Shown: positions 62,091 to 64,000 of the stretch, in pieces
Layout of the letters: every line of letters starts with the position of its first letter
Position numbering within the stretch: position 1 is the stretch's first letter
DNA from: an uncultured Prochlorococcus sp.
GTDB taxonomy: Bacteria; Cyanobacteriota; Cyanobacteriia; PCC-6307; Cyanobiaceae
Strand: one strand, 5' to 3'
Length of the DNA stretch: 64,000 bases
NCBI RefSeq assembly: GCF_902622435.1
Contig: NZ_CACNQB010000003.1
Made by a program: the position numbers and the translations under genes
Notes under the pieces: model-generated
Database searches by the model: none
Told to the model about the DNA's origin: nothing
What the model saw: the letters and a program-made list of their open reading frames with translations, nothing else

Positions 62091-63476
62091 ATGACAAAAA
62101 ACTTTAGGATTGAAAAAGATAGTATGGGAACAATAGAGGTTCCCATGGAAGCTTTGTGGGGCGCTCAAACACAAAGATCGATAATAAATTTTTCTATTGG
62201 AGAAGAATTAATTCCAATTGAGTTAATTTATTCAATCACCCTTATAAAAAAAGCTGCTTCAATTGCGAATTTCAATTTAGGTTTAATAGATAAAAGGAAA
62301 AAAGATTTGATTGTAGAGGCATGTACAGAAATACTTGATGGGCTTCACGATTCACAATTTCCCCTAAAGGTTTGGCAAACAGGTAGTGGCACTCAAACAA
62401 ATATGAACGTAAATGAGGTAATTTCAAATATTGCAGCTTTAAAAACCAATTCAGAGCTTGGTAGTCATCAACCAATTCACCCGAATGATGATGTAAATAA
62501 ATCTCAGTCAACTAATGACACTTTTCCTGCTGCTATTCAAATATCTGTCGTTAATGAAATAATCAAAAATTTAGTTCCAACGATAAGAGAACTTACTCAG
62601 ATCCTTGATAAAAAAAGTGAAGAATGGAAAGACCTTATAAAGATAGGAAGAACCCATTTTCAAGATGCAGTTCCACTTACTTTTGGGCAAGAAATATCAG
62701 GATGGTCAGAGCAACTTAAAGATGCTGAGAATGCAATTATTATTAGTATGAATGAATTGTATTTCTTACCTTTAGGAGGAACTGCAGTTGGAACAGGGAT
62801 TAATTGTCCAAAAGGATTTTGTGAAGAGTCTCTAAGATCAATTTCCGATGATACTAATCTAATGTTCTATAAATCAAAAAATAATTTTTCTATCATGGCC
62901 TCTCATGATCGTCTAGCTCAAGTAATGAGTCAGATAAAAATATTAGCAAGTGCATTATTTAAAATTTCAAATGATATAAAAATTCTATCTTCTGGTCCAA
63001 GATCAGGAATATATGAACTAATTATTCCTCAAAATGAACCTGGAAGTTCTATCATGCCGGGTAAAGTGAATCCAACTCAATGCGAAGCCTTATCAATGGT
63101 TTGCACTCAGATAATGGGTCTTGAATATGCAGTCTCAATGGCCAATTCTAGCGGCACTTTACAGATGAATGAATATAAGCCTCTTATTGGGTTTAATATT
63201 CTCACAAGTTTAAAATTACTAAAAAATGTAATAGAAAATTTCAGAGAAAAATTAGTTGATGGGATGGAACCTAATCAAAAGAAAATGAAGTTAAATTTAG
63301 AAAATTCACTAATGTTGGTTACAGCCATAGTGCCAAAAGTTGGTTATGAAAAAGCAGCTGAAATTGCAAACCTTGCCTTCAAAGAATCATTAAATTTAAA
63401 AGAGGCAACACTTAAATTAGGTTATTTAAACGAAGATGAATTTGATGAAGCAATGAATATCAATTCAATGATTTGA
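62091..63476 (+). CDS. fumC: Class II fumarate hydratase
   Basis: WQTGSGTQTNMN, GRTHFQDA and GSSIMPGKVNPTQCE. Confidence 0.98.
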   Translation: MTKNFRIEKDSMGTIEVPMEALWGAQTQRSIINFSIGEELIPIELIYSITLIKKAASIANFNLGLIDKRKKDLIVEACTEILDGLHDSQFPLKVWQTGSGTQTNMNVNEVISNIAALKTNSELGSHQPIHPNDDVNKSQSTNDTFPAAIQISVVNEIIKNLVPTIRELTQILDKKSEEWKDLIKIGRTHFQDAVPLTFGQEISGWSEQLKDAENAIIISMNELYFLPLGGTAVGTGINCPKGFCEESLRSISDDTNLMFYKSKNNFSIMASHDRLAQVMSQIKILASALFKISNDIKILSSGPRSGIYELIIPQNEPGSSIMPGKVNPTQCEALSMVCTQIMGLEYAVSMANSSGTLQMNEYKPLIGFNILTSLKLLKNVIENFREKLVDGMEPNQKKMKLNLENSLMLVTAIVPKVGYEKAAEIANLAFKESLNLKEATLKLGYLNEDEFDEAMNINSMI

Positions 63477-63486
63477 TTAAAAAAAT

Positions 63487-64000
63487 TTAAGAATTATTGT
63501 CAATTCTTTTTGTTGCAGGATTAATATCTTCAGAGACTTTTATAAGATCATTAGATTCAGAAACGGGAAAACGATTAATAGCTTTTAATGCTAGCTTTGC
63601 TTTGCTTTTTAATTTATTACTGACACCAATACAGTATTGCACTTGAGAAAGGACATCAATTGATCTTCTAATAATCCTCACTACATCACCTTCGTCTAAT
63701 GAAGTATTAAAAACCAAATCTTTCCATTTTTTTCCTCTTGCCCATTCAGAAATAATTCCAGTTAACTCTGTTTCTAAATAAATAGGGATTTCAATATGAA
63801 ACTTATTTTGTTGAGAAGCGACTAATTTTCTTAAACCATCTAACTCATTAAAAACATCTATTACCTTTAAAGAAGACTTGAAATTACACCAAAGATTAGG
63901 CCTCCTTATATCAACACATATAGCTTGAATAATTGCAGCTAATTCAGGAGGATCTAAATCATCTAAATAACCACTAACTAAAACCAGACCAATCCATAAT
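63487..64000 (-). CDS. Ski2/HelY-like DEAD/DEAH helicase, C-terminal part (runs off the window)
   Basis: Open frame to the window edge: LWIGLVL..LDPPELAA..EWARG..W..LVFNTSLDEGDVVRIIRR (DSHCT-like). Confidence 0.88.
   Translation of the reverse strand, partial: LWIGLVLVSGYLDDLDPPELAAIIQAICVDIRRPNLWCNFKSSLKVIDVFNELDGLRKLVASQQNKFHIEIPIYLETELTGIISEWARGKKWKDLVFNTSLDEGDVVRIIRRSIDVLSQVQYCIGVSNKLKSKAKLALKAINRFPVSESNDLIKVSEDINPATKRIDNNS

Noticed and set aside
63487-63717. 76-aa stand-alone ORF
   Set aside because: It is the C-terminus of a helicase whose frame stays open to the window edge

Overview
Low-GC cyanobacterial chromosome. Gene content and order (hli genes, rpoZ-hsp70-pyrR-gpmI-secG-groESL-atpDC, the main atp operon, ftsW-ccdA-ccs1-queF-glnB-tlyA-purB-fumC) point to a high-light Prochlorococcus; this is inferred from family recognition, not from a database search. 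About 1.4-30.8 kb is an accessory, island-like region with no integrase or tRNA that I could find. It holds two fatty-acid desaturases, three hli genes, an LptF/G permease, two DUF3804 paralogs, pseudogenes and more than 40 ORFs under 70 aa, most of them missed by the ORF track and translated by hand here. About 30.8-64 kb is core genome. Main signals: (1) a ~50-bp module (palindrome, TAAAC/AT, hairpin, T-tract, ATG) in three copies in front of unrelated ORFs; (2) a ~400-bp internal duplication of the island's right end, including a stub of the core EVE gene and an apparently chimeric gene; (3) several structured intergenic RNA candidates, the best a ~300-nt element with UUCG and GNRA loops; (4) paralogous Cys-motif microproteins (CP12-like CX8C and twin CX3C); (5) three DnaA boxes within 64 bp. 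No CRISPR array, rRNA, tRNA or transposase was seen.
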